NCBI GenBank assembly: GCA_977017575.1
Contig: CDRNVI010000158.1
Span: forward strand, 62,001 to 126,000
Length of the DNA: 64,000 nt
Direction of reading: 5' to 3'
Source: Paramoeba atlantica
Taxonomy: Eukaryota > Protista > Discosea
A program made the position numbers and the translations under genes. Positions 47,999 through 60,802 of the stretch are shown here, piece after piece. Position 1 is the stretch's first letter, and the number at the start of each line of letters is the position of its first letter. The notes beneath the pieces were generated by a model. The model was given only the letters and a program-made list of their open reading frames with translations. It searched no databases and was not told where the DNA came from.

Positions 47999-49342
47999 TT
48001 ACTCGCCCATGAGCTGCTCCATGGCTTGGTCAAGATCATCATTCACAAGATCCAGAACACTGTTCAGAACATCAACATCAAATCCCATTGGGGTCAAAAC
48101 TTCCAAAGCTCGAGCTCGTTGTTCAGAGACAGGTTTCTCATTTTTCTTGGCCTCCTCTTCCGCAGCAGCTGCTCTCTCGGCTTCTTCTTGGGCTTTTTTG
48201 GCCTCTTCTTCAGCTTTCTGGGCCTCTTTTTCAGCTTTTCGTGCTGCTTCTTCTAACAATCTGGCACGTTCTTCCAATTCCTTGGCCTCCTCCTCAAGTC
48301 TTCGAGCTTCTTCCAAGGCTTTAAGAGCTTCTTCTTCAGCTTTTCGAGCAGCTTCGACCAATTTCTGAGCTTCTTGTTCCTTTTGAATTAAGAAGAATTG
48401 TTCAAAATCTTCATCAAGATCCTCGATAGTAACAGTCGATTGAGCTTTTTTGGGAGAATCAGAAGGAGGGAGAGTCTGGTTCGACTTGTTCTTCAACCAT
48501 TCATCAAATTGAGGAGAGTTTCGAAGATTCTTGAAATCAGTATCACTCAAAATAGCTCCAAAATCAGGTTCACCAAAGGAAACATAACGGTCCAAAGAAG
48601 CAAAAGCTTCATCCAAAGATCCAACACGAGAGAGAGCGCACGCCAAATTATAAGCAACAATTCGATCTCCTGGAGAAATTTTAGCACAATCTTGAAGGAG
48701 AGAAACAGATTCAGCTTCGCTAAGCTTATCATCGTGATCCAAAAGATCAAGTGCGTATTGGTGAATGGTAGTCGAGAAGAGAGCAAGATCGATATCCAAC
48801 AATAAATCTCCACTTCCTTGAGGGCAAGGAACAAATTTGACTGCTCCAGTGAGCCAAGGAGGAAGGTTTCCACCAGAGGAAGTGATCAAACGCTCGACAA
48901 TTTGGGGAACTGTTTCTTGAATGTGAGCTTGCTCGTCTGGGGTTGCTGAAACTTCTTTCCCATCAGATTCATAAAAGTACTCAGTAGACACAGTAAATTT
49001 GATGACTTCATCTCCTTCAGAAGACTCGATTTTGATCTCCCCAGACTCAACAACATTCTCTTTCTTAACTGATTCAGAGAACTGAACAAAAAGTTTAAAA
49101 GGCCAAGCCTTCACAGACGAAAGAGCTTCATCCCACTCCAACTGGGATCCTAAAGTGATATAATCCCCATCTTCATCGCACCATTGAACAACAAAACTCA
49201 AATCAGGTGATTGGGGAAAAAGAGAGCGAAGTAATCCCAAGAAATTATCCCATGTTGGAGAAGAGGATGTTCGGATCCTTCGAATGAAATCAACATCAGA
49301 AGGATCGGGAGATTTCAAAAAATACAGTTTAAACGACGACAT
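47999..49342 (-). CDS. PB1 + TPR-like + coiled coil + UBA protein, intronless
   Basis: PB1 acidic motif WCDEDGDYITLGSQLEWDEAL; AYNLACALS...AILSDTDFKNLR; C-terminal LTPMGFD...NDDLDQAMEQL. Confidence 0.82.
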   Translation of the reverse strand: MSSFKLYFLKSPDPSDVDFIRRIRTSSSPTWDNFLGLLRSLFPQSPDLSFVVQWCDEDGDYITLGSQLEWDEALSSVKAWPFKLFVQFSESVKKENVVESGEIKIESSEGDEVIKFTVSTEYFYESDGKEVSATPDEQAHIQETVPQIVERLITSSGGNLPPWLTGAVKFVPCPQGSGDLLLDIDLALFSTTIHQYALDLLDHDDKLSEAESVSLLQDCAKISPGDRIVAYNLACALSRVGSLDEAFASLDRYVSFGEPDFGAILSDTDFKNLRNSPQFDEWLKNKSNQTLPPSDSPKKAQSTVTIEDLDEDFEQFFLIQKEQEAQKLVEAARKAEEEALKALEEARRLEEEAKELEERARLLEEAARKAEKEAQKAEEEAKKAQEEAERAAAAEEEAKKNEKPVSEQRARALEVLTPMGFDVDVLNSVLDLVNDDLDQAMEQLMGE

Positions 49343-49737
49343 TTTTGTGAGATTTTCAAAAAAGAAAAAACAAAAACAAAAATCAAAAACCAAAACAAAA
49401 GAAAACAAAAAGAGAGAGAGAAAGCAAGAGAGAGAAAGGGTTGCGAAAAGAGAGAAAGAAAAAACAAGAGACGGTTTCGGTGAAATAATAAAATGGCTTT
49501 GTCATCACCAATTCGGTGAAGGTCTTCCATTAATTTTTTGAACATTTAAAAAGTTCTTTTTCGATTTTTTAAATACCCAAATTTCGAACCGACTTTTTCG
49601 AACGTCGAAAATATGTTTCTGGACATTTTCCTGATTTCTGAAAACTCGACGAAACGAAAAAACAACGCCGACTTTTTTTTGTTTTTTTTTCTTTGTGGTC
49701 TTTCCTCAAAAACTTGACCCCCCCCCAAAAAAACACC

Positions 49738-50763
49738 ATGGCTGCTGAAGCAAAGGCTCAAGGAAACAAGTATTACTCCCAAGGAGATTACATCAATGCT
49801 ATTGAGATGTACTCCAAGGCAATTAAACTCAATTCAAGTGACCACACTTATTTCTCCAATCGTTCTGCTGCTCACTTTGCACTTGGAAACTTTGAAGTAA
49901 GCATTGAGGATGCGAGAAAGTGTATTGAGATCTCTCCCAAGTGGGTTAAGGTATCTAGATATTTTTTATTCTTTTTCTTTTTCCTTTTTTCTTCGTATTT
50001 TCTTTTTTCATGTTTTGTTTTCTCTTTCTCAAAAAATTGAACCAATACAACAACACAGGGTTACTATCGCGCTGCCCTCTCCATGAAAGAACTTTTGTTG
50101 TTTGAAGAGGCAAACGAAACTCTTACAAAGGGTTTGAAGGTTGAATCTGGAAATAAAGACTTGAAGAACCTCCAAGTCGAAATCTCCAAAGAATTGAACC
50201 AAATGAAGGCAAAGAGGAGAACAGATTCCAGTGGAAAGGCACTCTCAAATGCTGCTGCGGCAAAAGAAGAAGGAAACGAGCAATTCAAGAAAGGAATGCA
50301 CGAAATTGGTATGCTCAATTTTTGAATTTTTTTCTTTCTGTTTTTTTCTTTTTCTCTTGGTCTTTATTTTTTGTTCTCTCAAGAAAATTTCCTTCTTCTC
50401 TCCAATTAACTCTTTTCTTTTTTTTTTTCTTTGAACCTACTAGCTATTCGATGGTATACAAGAGCTATTATCTTGGCAGAAAAAGATAAGGATCGTGATG
50501 TGATGATCGCTTCTCTCTCCAACCGAGCAAACTGTTACGCTCAACATCACAATTACAAGAAGGTGATTGCTGATGCCACTCGTGTGTTAGAAATGGACCC
50601 AAAACACGTCAAAGCTCTTATTCGAAGAGGACTTGCGTATGAAGCAACAGAGAAGTACAAACTTGGTTTGGCTGATATGAGAGAAGCTCAAGCTGTCTCA
50701 GGTGGAAGCCCTGTTATTTCACAAGCAATCTCAAGACTTACAGCTAATGTGAGATATATGTAA
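49738..50763 (+). CDS. TPR co-chaperone-like protein (Sti1/Hop TPR1-like N-terminus plus second TPR block)
   Basis: AKAQGNKYY, FSNRSAAH, PKWVKGYYR; KEEGNEQFKKG, SNRANCY, VKALIRRGLAYE; 2 introns. Confidence 0.85.
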
Positions 50764-51081
50764 TAAATTATTCAATTTCAACAAATCCACAAAAACACAA
50801 GGAAGTTTTTTTTTGGCAGTCATTCTTTCTTTCTTTTTGTGTTGTTCTTTTTGGAGAGAGAGAGAAGGGAAGGGAAGGGTTGTTTTGTTTCGTTTTGTTC
50901 ACGATTTTCGTTTTTCTCTTTGGACACGTCACCAACTCAAAATAGATAAATAAGGAAAATAAAAAACACCAAATAAAGTCAATCGTGGTTTTTTCTCTTT
51001 TCGCGTTTCGGGTTGTCCCGTCGTTCGTTCGTTTTCTTGTTCGTTCTTCGTTCGTCTTTTTCTCTTTCTTTTTCTTCAAAG

Positions 51082-52501
51082 ATGAGTATCACTGTTCAAT
51101 CTCGCCAAGGTTGTTCTCTTTTGAACAAAGTTTTGATTGCTGGACTCTACAATGGAGTCGAAATCAAACAGGAAATTGTTGAACGAGGAGAAAAGGGGTA
51201 TGAGTTGGGTCACCCTTTGAAGAAATGCCCTGTTCTCCGTGTTGACTCTCATGTGATCTTTGAGAGCAACGCAATGGCTCGTTTTGTTGCTCGATCAAAT
51301 GGTGATTCTGCTAAGCTTTGTGGAACCAATGACTTTGAAATGGTCAGTAGTAATTGTTCATTTCTTTTTCCACACAAACATCAACTGACTCGAACATTTT
51401 TTTTTTTTTTAGGGTTTGATTGACAGTTGGGTCGACCTTGCTTCCAATGATGTTGATGTCCCCCTCCAATTGTGGTTGGACACTGTCCAAGGAAAGATCC
51501 CAAACAACCCTGATGCGACTAAGAAGGCCATCGCTGATGTTCGTAAAGTTTTGGTGACTCTTGATGCTTACTTAGCCAACAAGACTTTCCTTGTTCGTGA
51601 TCGTTTGAGTCTCGCAGATATTGTTCTTGCCACTTCTCTTCTTCCTGGTTACCGCTCTTTGTTGGATCCTGGATTCAGAAAAGCTTTCAAGAACACAAAC
51701 CGATGGTTTTTGACCTGTGTGAACCAACCCTTCTTTGTGTCTGTGATTGGTAAAGCTGGTCTTTGTGAGAAGAAGGCTGTTGCCCCTGCTCCAGAGAAAA
51801 AGGAACAACCCAAAAAAGAACAACCCAAAGAACAAGCCAAGAAGGCTGAAGAAGCTCCTGCCCCAGCTGCTCCAAAGAAGGCCAAGCCTTTCTCCAATTT
51901 GCCTCCTTCTCCATTCAACATGAACGACTTCAAGGTGTGCTATTCCAATGAAGATACCCGATCTGTTGCTCTTCCTCACTTGTATGAACATTTTGATAAG
52001 GAAGGATGGTCTCTCTATTTCGTTGAATACAAATACCCAGAAGATTTGCAAAAGTTGTTTATGGTTTCCAATTTGTTGGGTGGTTTCTGTCAACGTGTTG
52101 AAGGAATCCGTGACCATGTTTGTGGATCTTTCTTGATCTTTGGAGAAGAGAATGACTATGAAATTCATGGTACTGTTCTTCTTCGTTCTGCTGAGTGGCC
52201 TGCGGATGTGGTAAATATATTTTTCTTCTTTCTTTTCTTTCTTTTCTTTCTTTTTCCTTTTCTTTTTTTTTTTTTTTATTATTACTTTATTTTTTCCTTC
52301 ACAAAAATGTTTTTTTTTCTAATTTTCTTTTCTTTTTTTCCTTAGATGGGTGATATCCCAGATACCGATTCTTACAACTTTAAGAAAATCGATCTTGACA
52401 CCATCACTCCTGAAGACAAAGCTTTCTTTGAGGACTTGTGGGCCTGGGAAGGTGAATTCAAGGGTAAGAAATTCACTGACTCTGGTAAAGTTATGAAGTA
52501 A
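51082..52501 (+). CDS. EEF1G: translation elongation factor 1B-gamma
   Basis: GST-like N-domain (IFESNAMARFVAR, RLSLADIV) and EF1G C-domain (FNMNDFKVCYSNEDT, GWSLYFVEYKY, WAWEGEF). Confidence 0.95.
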
Positions 52502-52806
52502 AAATACCCCTTGAAAAACAACCTGAGTTCTCTTTTTCTCTTCACTGAACTTTTTCAAAGTGCTTTGAGAGAATAAAGAAATTTTAGAACAAAAAAAAAC
52601 AACAAATAATTATCATTCAAAAACAAAGTCAATTTTGAATTTGATAATATTTTTTTTTTATTATTGCAAAAATTGACACGGCAATGTCCTCGCTCACGTT
52701 TTAAATGTGGAAGGAAGAAGGGGGGGGAGTTCATGCAGAAGTGTGGTCTGATTTTTTTTTGGGAAAAAGGTGGGGGATGATTGCATTTTTGGCCTTGCCA
52801 TTAAAT

Positions 52807-54807
52807 TTAAGAAAGACCAGCACCTTCTTCTTCATCCTCGAATTCAGGACCCTTTTCACGAGGGAAGTATTCTTCCAAAAGAGCGTTCTTAATACGTTTC
52901 AATTGACTGCGTGGGAAGATACGCATCAAACGCCAGGCAAGATCCAATGAATCAAAGATTGTTCGGCACTCATATTTGCCTTGGTTGATGAACTCGGTCT
53001 CAAACTTCTTCAAGAAAGTCAAATAAGATTTGTCTTCATCAGTCAACGCATCTTCTCCGACCACAGATTTCATAGCATCCGCATCTTTACCAATAGCATA
53101 GTTGGCATACTGTATTTGAAATTCAAAGAGATAAATATGAATGAGTAAAAGAAAGGGAAAGGGAGAAAGGAAAGAGAGGGGATGGGGGAAAGAAGAGGGG
53201 AAGGAAGAAGAAAAAAGAAAGGAAAAAGGAAAAAGATATTCTCACCAGCTGATTGGAAACATCAGGATGATCCTTACGGGTCAAACCAGGACCAATAGCA
53301 CGCTTCATCAGACGAGAAAGAGAGGGAAGTACATCAATAGGAGGATAAACACCACGACGATGCAAACCTCGATCAACATAAATCTGACCCTCAGTGATAT
53401 AACCAGTCAAATCAGGAATTGGATGGGTAATATCTAAAAAGAAAAAAAGATAAATAAGAAGGGGGAGGAGAGAGGAGGGAATTTAAAGAGATAAAAAGAA
53501 GAATAAATTAAATCAGCAAAAAAAAAGAGAATAATTTCAATTTAGATTTCAATAATCAATAAAGAATAATAAAACAACAAAAAAAAAGAATGAACCATCG
53601 TTAGGCATAGTCAAAATAGGGATCTGAGTAATAGAACCATTACGACCCTGAACACGACCAGCACGTTCATAAATTGTGGACAAATCAGTGTACATGTAAC
53701 CAGGATAACCACGACGACCAGGCACTTCTTCTCGTGCAGCAGAAACCTCACGCAACGCATCAGCATAAGAACTCATATCTGTCAAGATAACCAACACGTG
53801 CTTCTCTGTTTGGTAAGCGAGGTACTCAGCTGTGGTCAAAGCAAGACGAGGAGTAACAATACGTTCGATAGTAGGATCATTAGCCAAATTCAAAAACAAA
53901 CACACACGCTCCAAAGAACCGTTCTCTTCGAAATCTTCTTGAAAGAAAGCAGCGGTATCTTGACCGACACCCATAGCTCCAAACACAATAGCAAAGTTGT
54001 CTTCGTGCATATCAACAACTCCTGATTTTTGGTGCTTCACAAGACCAGCTTGACGACAAATTTGAGCCGCAATATCGCTGTGTGGCAAACCAGCAGCAGA
54101 GAAAATAGGAATCTTCTGACCACGGGCAATAGAGTTCATACAATCAATGGATGAAATACCAGTTTGGATCATCTCAGCAGGGTACACTCGAGAGTAAGGG
54201 TTAATTGGTTTTCCCATAATATCTAAGAAATCCTCAGCAAGGACTGTAGGTCCTCCATCAATAGGAGCACCAGATCCGTTAAAGACTCGCCCCAACATAT
54301 CTTCCGACACGGGAATCTTCATAATATCACCGGTAAATTCAATACGAGTATCACGAGCATCGATACCAGCTGTTCCTTCGAACACTTGGACAACAGCCTG
54401 TTTAGAATTTTCAAAAGTTTGTCCATTTTGTCTCTTTTTTCTCCCACCACACAAACACACAACACGCTTCACAACAAACCAAACAAACAAACATTACCAC
54501 CAAACAATCACCCCCCCCCCCAATCATCAACAAAAAATAGAAATGATTCTTCTCTTACCTTTGTTCCAGAGACTTCCAAAACTTGACCACGGCGAGTAGA
54601 TCCATCACCAAGGGTAATGTTCACAATCTCAGAATATCGAGGTTGTTTCACATGCTCAAGAATGACCAAAGGACCATCAACACCAACGACGGTTCGGTAA
54701 TCCAAACGAGGATTGATTCGGTAATCTCTTGTTGCCGCCTCAGCATTCACTCGAAAGATATTCTTTTTGATTGCCGCCAACTTTGGGTGCTTTGCCTCTT
54801 CTGCCAT
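52807..54807 (-). CDS. ATP6V1B: V-type ATPase V1 subunit B
   Basis: [70 protein letters not shown]. Confidence 0.98.
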
Positions 54808-55146
54808 GGTTCTTTTTTCTTTTTGGGAGCTCAAAGACCAACACGAACGCGAAAAAAAAGAAAGTTCCACGACTTTCAAAAACCGCGGTCTTTTTAATTT
54901 TTTTCCCGATTCTCTTTTTTACCGTGATTTCTCATATAAATAAAAAAATCGAAAAAGTATTAAAAAAGTCCTTTGATGATGTGTCACAAAATGGGATGTT
55001 TTTTGAACTCCGCATCCTCTGGACGTCTGACGGATTTTCGACTCCCTTTTTCCTCCTCTTTTTCTCTCTTTCTTTTTCCGTTTCCGTTTCTCTTTTTTTC
55101 CTTCTCTCTCTCTCGTATGTGACAACACAGTCCGATTTAGGAAAAT

Positions 55147-58100
55147 ATGACGAACAAAATGAAACCATTCCCCTCTCTGACAACAGGAGGGAAGATGATC
55201 TTACACCCAACCATTTTCTCTCCAAACGGACAACTCTCTTTTGTTATTCAATCAAATCAAGTTAAAGTTGTTGGAGTTGTCTCAGGAGAAGAAGTTGGTT
55301 CTCCTCTTGTTCATGAAAATGATATTGTCTCTTGTTTTTTGAACCCTTTTAATTCTCTTCAGTTATTTGTTGTGACGGATGATTGGCGGCTTTTTGTTTG
55401 GGATTATTCTGATTTTGTCTTGTTGAGCACTTCCCTTTTGATCCCCAAAGAGAAACCAAAACCGAAAGAGAATATCTTGTGTTCTGTTGTTCTTGATCCA
55501 AAGAATGAAGGCGTCTTCTATCTTCTTTCAAAAACTCCTTCTTCTGAATCTTCTCAAAAATCATGGAACAAAAAAATTGATGAAAAGGAAGAAGAAGAAG
55601 AAAAATCTGCTGGAAACCAAAAACCAAACAAAAGACCTCGAAAACAACAAGATCGCCATTCTTCTTCTTCTTCTCGACCCCCTTCTTATCGACTCACTCG
55701 TTGCGATACAAACACAAAGAAGAACAACCAATCGCTTCTTTCTTTCTTTTCTTTCGATTCACCAATCATCTCTGTGGATACTCGAGGAAATCATCTTGTC
55801 TGTTGTGCTGGGAAAACAATTCACTTTCTTCATCTCCATCGAAACTTTTTTGTCGAAATTCTGAAGAGTCGTGTGGCGATTTCATGTTTCTCTTTTCATC
55901 CAACGGAAGACTATTTTGTGACAGGTTTCAAATCGGGTGAAATTTGTTTTTGGCGTTATTCTGTTCAATTGAGAGAAAAGAGAGCGAATGAAGTTTCTGA
56001 ACAAAATCCTTCTTCTTCTTCTTCTTCTTCTTCTTCTCTTCGAACTTCAATGGTTAAGAATATTCCCAAACAGTGGCATAGTCACCCTGTTCGTGCACTT
56101 TCATTCACTCCTGGTTTGATTTTTCTTCTTATTCAGATTCTTATTCAACTTTTCCTTACTCACAATCAAATTTATTTCCCTCTTTTCTCTCTCTCTCTCT
56201 CTTTTAGATGGGTGTTATTTACTATCAGGTGGACAAGAGGGAGTAGTGGTTATTTGGCAACTCTCAACAAACCAACCACAATTTATCCCACGACTGGGAG
56301 GTCCAATTTCCCATCTATCTGTTTCTCCTAAAAGTGATATGTATTGTGTTAGTCTTGGAACAAATGTTTTACTTTTTCTCTCTGGTAACTTTTCATTTTT
56401 TTTTTTGTTTTGGGGGTGAGAGGAAGGGAGGAGAGGAGAAGTGAGAAAAGAAAAAAACAATTTTAAATTATTCAAAAAAAAGTAAAAAATCCAAATCTAA
56501 ATCTAAATCTAAACAAAAGGTGTTTCCCAAAAATTGGAGAGCCAGGTCATTGGACTGAGGCCACTTCAAACAATTCATCGACAAACTCAGAAAGTGAAAC
56601 CAACTTTAATTGCTCCTTGTAATGTTCCCAACCAAATTGTTGTGAGTGCGAAACAAGGCATGATCCAATTCTATGATGTTTTTACGGTTTTTATATTCTC
56701 TTTTTCTTTTTTTTTTTCTTTTTTTTTTTCTTGTTTTTCTTGTTATTGATAAGTATTCTTTAAAAATATTTTATTATTCTTTTATTATTATTTTTGTATT
56801 ATTTTTTTTATTTTTCTTTATTTTTTTCTTTTTTGTTATTCTTTTGCTTTCCATTTCGTTTTTTGTCAACTAAAAAATCATTTCTTTCTTTCTTTTACAG
56901 GAGAGGACAAAATTGGAGATTGGTGTGTTACCAAAGGAACAATCTGTTTTTGGAGAAGTTGGTTTGAACCCACCAAAAGTTGATTTATTTGCTTTGAGTA
57001 CTGATATGAAATCTTTGGTCACTGTCGAAAGGCAATCATTCTTTGGACAGGTTTTTCCCCTTTCCCCTTTTCTTTTTTCTTTCTTTTTTCTTTGTTTCTT
57101 TTTAGATTGAAAGTGTTAAATGTGAATTGATACAGAATATTCCACCAATCGTGTATCTCAAATTTTGGTATTTAACTCCAAAAGGACATGCGAAACTCCA
57201 CACACGTTTTGATAACCCACACAACTCAGTAATTACAAGCATCTCTTATGATCCAAACTCGCACACAGTTGTCACATCTTCTATGGATCGAAAGTTTAAA
57301 ATTTGGGAAAATGTTTCTTTAAATCCAGCACGACAAGTTTTGATCTCTTTTTTTTTGATCTCTTTTTTTTCTTTCACTATTTTGGGGATATTTTTGATGA
57401 ATTTTATGCAACTCTTTCGGTTATTATTCAAGTTATTGATCTTATTTTCAATTTTCTTTAATAGAATAAGGGACCAATTCCCAAAGAGACAAGATGGCAA
57501 TGCCGAGGAGAAGGCAAATTTCTCCGATATGAAGCTCGTTCTGTTGCATTTTCACCTGACTCTTCTCTTTTAGCTGTAGCTTTCCATCAAATTGTAACAT
57601 TATGGTCTCCTTCCACGTGCACTCTTCTCCATATTCTTTCTTCTCCTCCTCCACTTCAGAAAGTTTCTTTTATGTTTTTCGCACCATCACCACACCCGTA
57701 TTTGGTCGTTTGTACTGACACTCATCTCTTTGTTTGGAACTTGTTGACTTTAACTGTTTGGTGGTCTCTTGGATTAGAGACATCATCAATTGCAGTTGAT
57801 TTCAATCAACCTCGATTTGCTGTGGTTTGTTCAAAAGGTTGGTTTTTTTTTTCTTTTTCTAGGTCCAGAATGATTTTTTTATTTTTTATTTTTGAGTCAA
57901 ACAGAGGAAACAAACACAAATATTAATCGAACAAACAGGGCTTTTTGAAACCCAGGAAGCTTCTTCTTATGTTCTTATGTTTTCTTTTGAATCTCCCCGG
58001 CCCCTTGGAATCTGGATGTCAACGCTTGTTTCGGATATCTGCTTTGTGAAAACAGATCCTTCGGAAAAGAATGAAAGCTGTGGTGGATCTTCTTCTTATT

Positions 58101-58753
58101 TGGTTGGGATTACTCCAGCAAGTAAGACGATTCTTTTTGGTGAAGAAGGAAAAGTATTTTCAGCAAAGAGAAAAGCTTCAATTACAATGGCTGGTGGTCC
58201 TTCTTCTGATCAAAGAAGTGAAGAGGAACAATCCAATTATTTTCGATTTTCTGATATTTATGGTGGGTTTACAAAGAGCGAAAAAGAGGAGCGAGTGGAT
58301 GTTGGAGAATTTGAGAAGGAAAAGAGTAAGGAAAGAGCTTCACATTTCCATGAAGCTGTGAGTCTTTTTGATATGCCATCACATATTCTTCCTTCTGTTT
58401 CGGAGATTCATGGTTCTTTTATGGATCGGCTTCTGAAGAAAGGTGGAAGAAATCCCTCTACAACAACAGAAGAAGAAGAAGATCTGATGGATGATGTGGA
58501 CACCCAAGAAAAGGGTGAATCTCAAGATGAAGAGACAGATATCTCAAGGATATCAAACGATTTTATGCGTTTAATGGTACCCCTTTTTTCTCTTTGAATT
58601 TGTATTTTGTTGGTTTTCTAATTTTTTTTTTCGAAAAAGGTGGTTCCAGATGATCGGGCAACCAAAATTGCAAATGATGAACAAAAAGAACTTGTTCAAG
58701 GAAATTTCAAAATTTCAGAAGAAATGGAAGAATTTTATCGAAAACTGGTGTGA
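55147..58753 (+). CDS. WDR75: WD40 protein WDR75/Utp17 (SSU processome)
   Basis: GGKMILHPTIFSPNG start, QWHSHPVRALSFT, GGQEGVVVIWQ...LSRLGGPI, VYLKFWY, C-terminal PSHILPSV. Confidence 0.8.
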
Positions 58754-59257
58754 AAAGAGAGGAAAACATCGAAACCCATAAGGGGGCATTTCAACGGAAT
58801 GCACAGCGCCGGTTATCTGTTGCCCTTATTGCAAGCATGGCCAGGAAATATGATCTCAATCTGCCAAGGACTCTCCCTGTGATCCTCCCAGCATTGTGGT
58901 CTCGGCCTCTCTTTCAACTCCTCCAGCTTTTTCTTTCAGTCTCTCTCCACTTCGCTCGATAAACCAGCCACGGCAGGCTCTTCGCTCTAGGATGTCGAGT
59001 CTCTGAGTGCGCCCCTCAACCAAACTGTGCCCATCTCTTTCGACTCAGTCCCAGTTAACAAAATTCAAGAAATAAAAAAAGAAATAAAAAAATCGAGAAC
59101 CTGACAGAAAAAGGGAGTTCGATTCTCTGAGGAGTTTCTTTTTTTCATTTTTTAAGAGACTTTTTTAGCAACTTTTTGCTCTTTTTTTTTGGTGACGACG
59201 CTTTTTTTTGTGTTGTTTGCCTTCTTTTGTTTGTGTTTTGTGGTTCACATCAAAAGT

Positions 59258-60454
59258 ATGACAAGCCATCTCCCACCTGGACTTTTGGCCTTGTTCGTGG
59301 CCCGGCCTCCAATTGATTATGTTGAACCTCTCAAGAAAAGAAAAATGCCTCCTGTGGATGGGATTGCCAAGTATCTCGAGAGGTGTGGTGAAGGAGAACA
59401 ACGCGAGTACGAGTACACAGGTGGGTATGAAAGCCGACTTGTGAAAAGACGGAAGAAAACGGAGGAGTTAAAACAAAAGAATGAAGAGAAAGCTCAACAA
59501 GGAATCAAAGAACATGATCCAAATTCAGATCCGAACGTTGATGGGGATGGGTACAAAACAATCTTTGTTGGGAGGTTGCCTTACGAGATCACAGAACCTG
59601 CTCTTCGTCGTGAGTTCGAAGTTTATGGTCCTGTTCGAAAGGTTACTTTGATCTATGATCGTGAAGGAAAACCAAGAGGCTATGGCTTTATTGAGTTTGA
59701 GAGAGAAAGAGACATGAAAGCTGCTTATGAGACTGCAGATGGTCGCCGTCTTCTTGGTCGCCGAATTTTGGTCGATGTTGAACGTGGACGAACAGTTAAA
59801 AATTGGGTTCCTCGTCGTTATGCAGGAGGTCTCGGAAACCCTCGTCCTGAACTTCTCCCAAAAGTTGGTAAGAAAAGGTATTTCTTTTTTTTTTCTTTCT
59901 TTTCAGTTTTCCCCTTCCTCTTCCCCTCCTCTCTTCCCCTTTCTTCTCTTTTTCCTTCTTTCCCCCATTCCCTTCCCTTTTTTTCTTGAGATTGCAGTTC
60001 CTTGAACATTTATCTTTTTTTTTTTATATAAAAAAGTGGATCATCGAGTCAACAACCTGCAAAAACTCGTCCATCCCAAGAACCAAGACATGTACCGGAG
60101 CAGCCATATCGAGATGATAGAGGAGGAAGAGATCGGTATGGTGGTGGTGGTGGTGGTGGTGGCCAAGGTGGTGGCCATGGTGGTGGCCATGGTGGCGGCA
60201 GTTATGGTGGGGATCGTCGTGGGAATGATCGTCGTGGAGATGATCGCCGAGGCGGATATGGTGGTGGTGGAGATCGTGGGTATGGGGGTGGTGGTGATCG
60301 AAGTTATGGTGGTGGCGGTGGTGGTGATCGAAATCGATACAATTCTGGAGGTGGAGGAGGTGGAGGTGGTGGAGGTGGAGGAGGTGATCGAAGAAGAAAC
60401 CAAGGGGCTGACGAAGGTTACGAAAACTTCCGTGATCGACGACGAAAGTATTAG
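59258..60454 (+). CDS. SNRNP70: U1 snRNP 70 kDa
   Basis: MTSHLPPGLLALFVARPP, RRM KTIFVGRL...RGYGFIEF, VDVERGRTVKNWVPRR..GGLG, RGG/RD-rich tail after one intron. Confidence 0.96.
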
Positions 60455-60802
60455 ATTTTCAAGTGGTGGTGTTTTTTTTTTGAGGTATGTTATTTGTGAT
60501 AGGTGTATTTTGGTAGGTGTGTTGTTTGTTTTTCTTTTTCCTTTTTTTTTTTGGTTTTTTCTTTGAGAGAAAATAGATTTTTCACTTTTTCTTTTGGGGT
60601 ACTTCTGAAAATTTCTGGTAGGTAGCTGTTAAGGTGAGGTTTTCTTTCTTTTGATGAGAGATGAAGAAAGACAAAGTGAATCTAAGGTTGGATTGAACCC
60701 AATAAAAAAACTTTTTAAAAAAGAGAAAGTGTGTCTTGGAAATTTTGGGGTTTTTTTTTCTTTGTCAAAGAAGAGAGTTTTGTCTTTTTGCTGTGTTCTG
60801 AA

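Noticed and set aside
44817-54807. V-ATPase subunits C and B within 6 kb as a functional cluster
   Set aside because: They are separated by four unrelated genes on mixed strands; two subunits are compatible with chance in a compact genome.
58770-59056. Identification as RNase MRP/P, SRP, U1, U3 or U4 RNA
   Set aside because: Only fragmentary matches (GAGAGTCC, GATCAC, GCATGGCC); required partner motifs and spacing are absent, so it is left unnamed.
5024-60566. Numerous F/L/S-rich or K/R/E-rich ORFs in the track (antisense to acidic exons or across introns)
   Set aside because: Artefacts of T/C- and A/G-rich low-complexity DNA that lacks stop codons.
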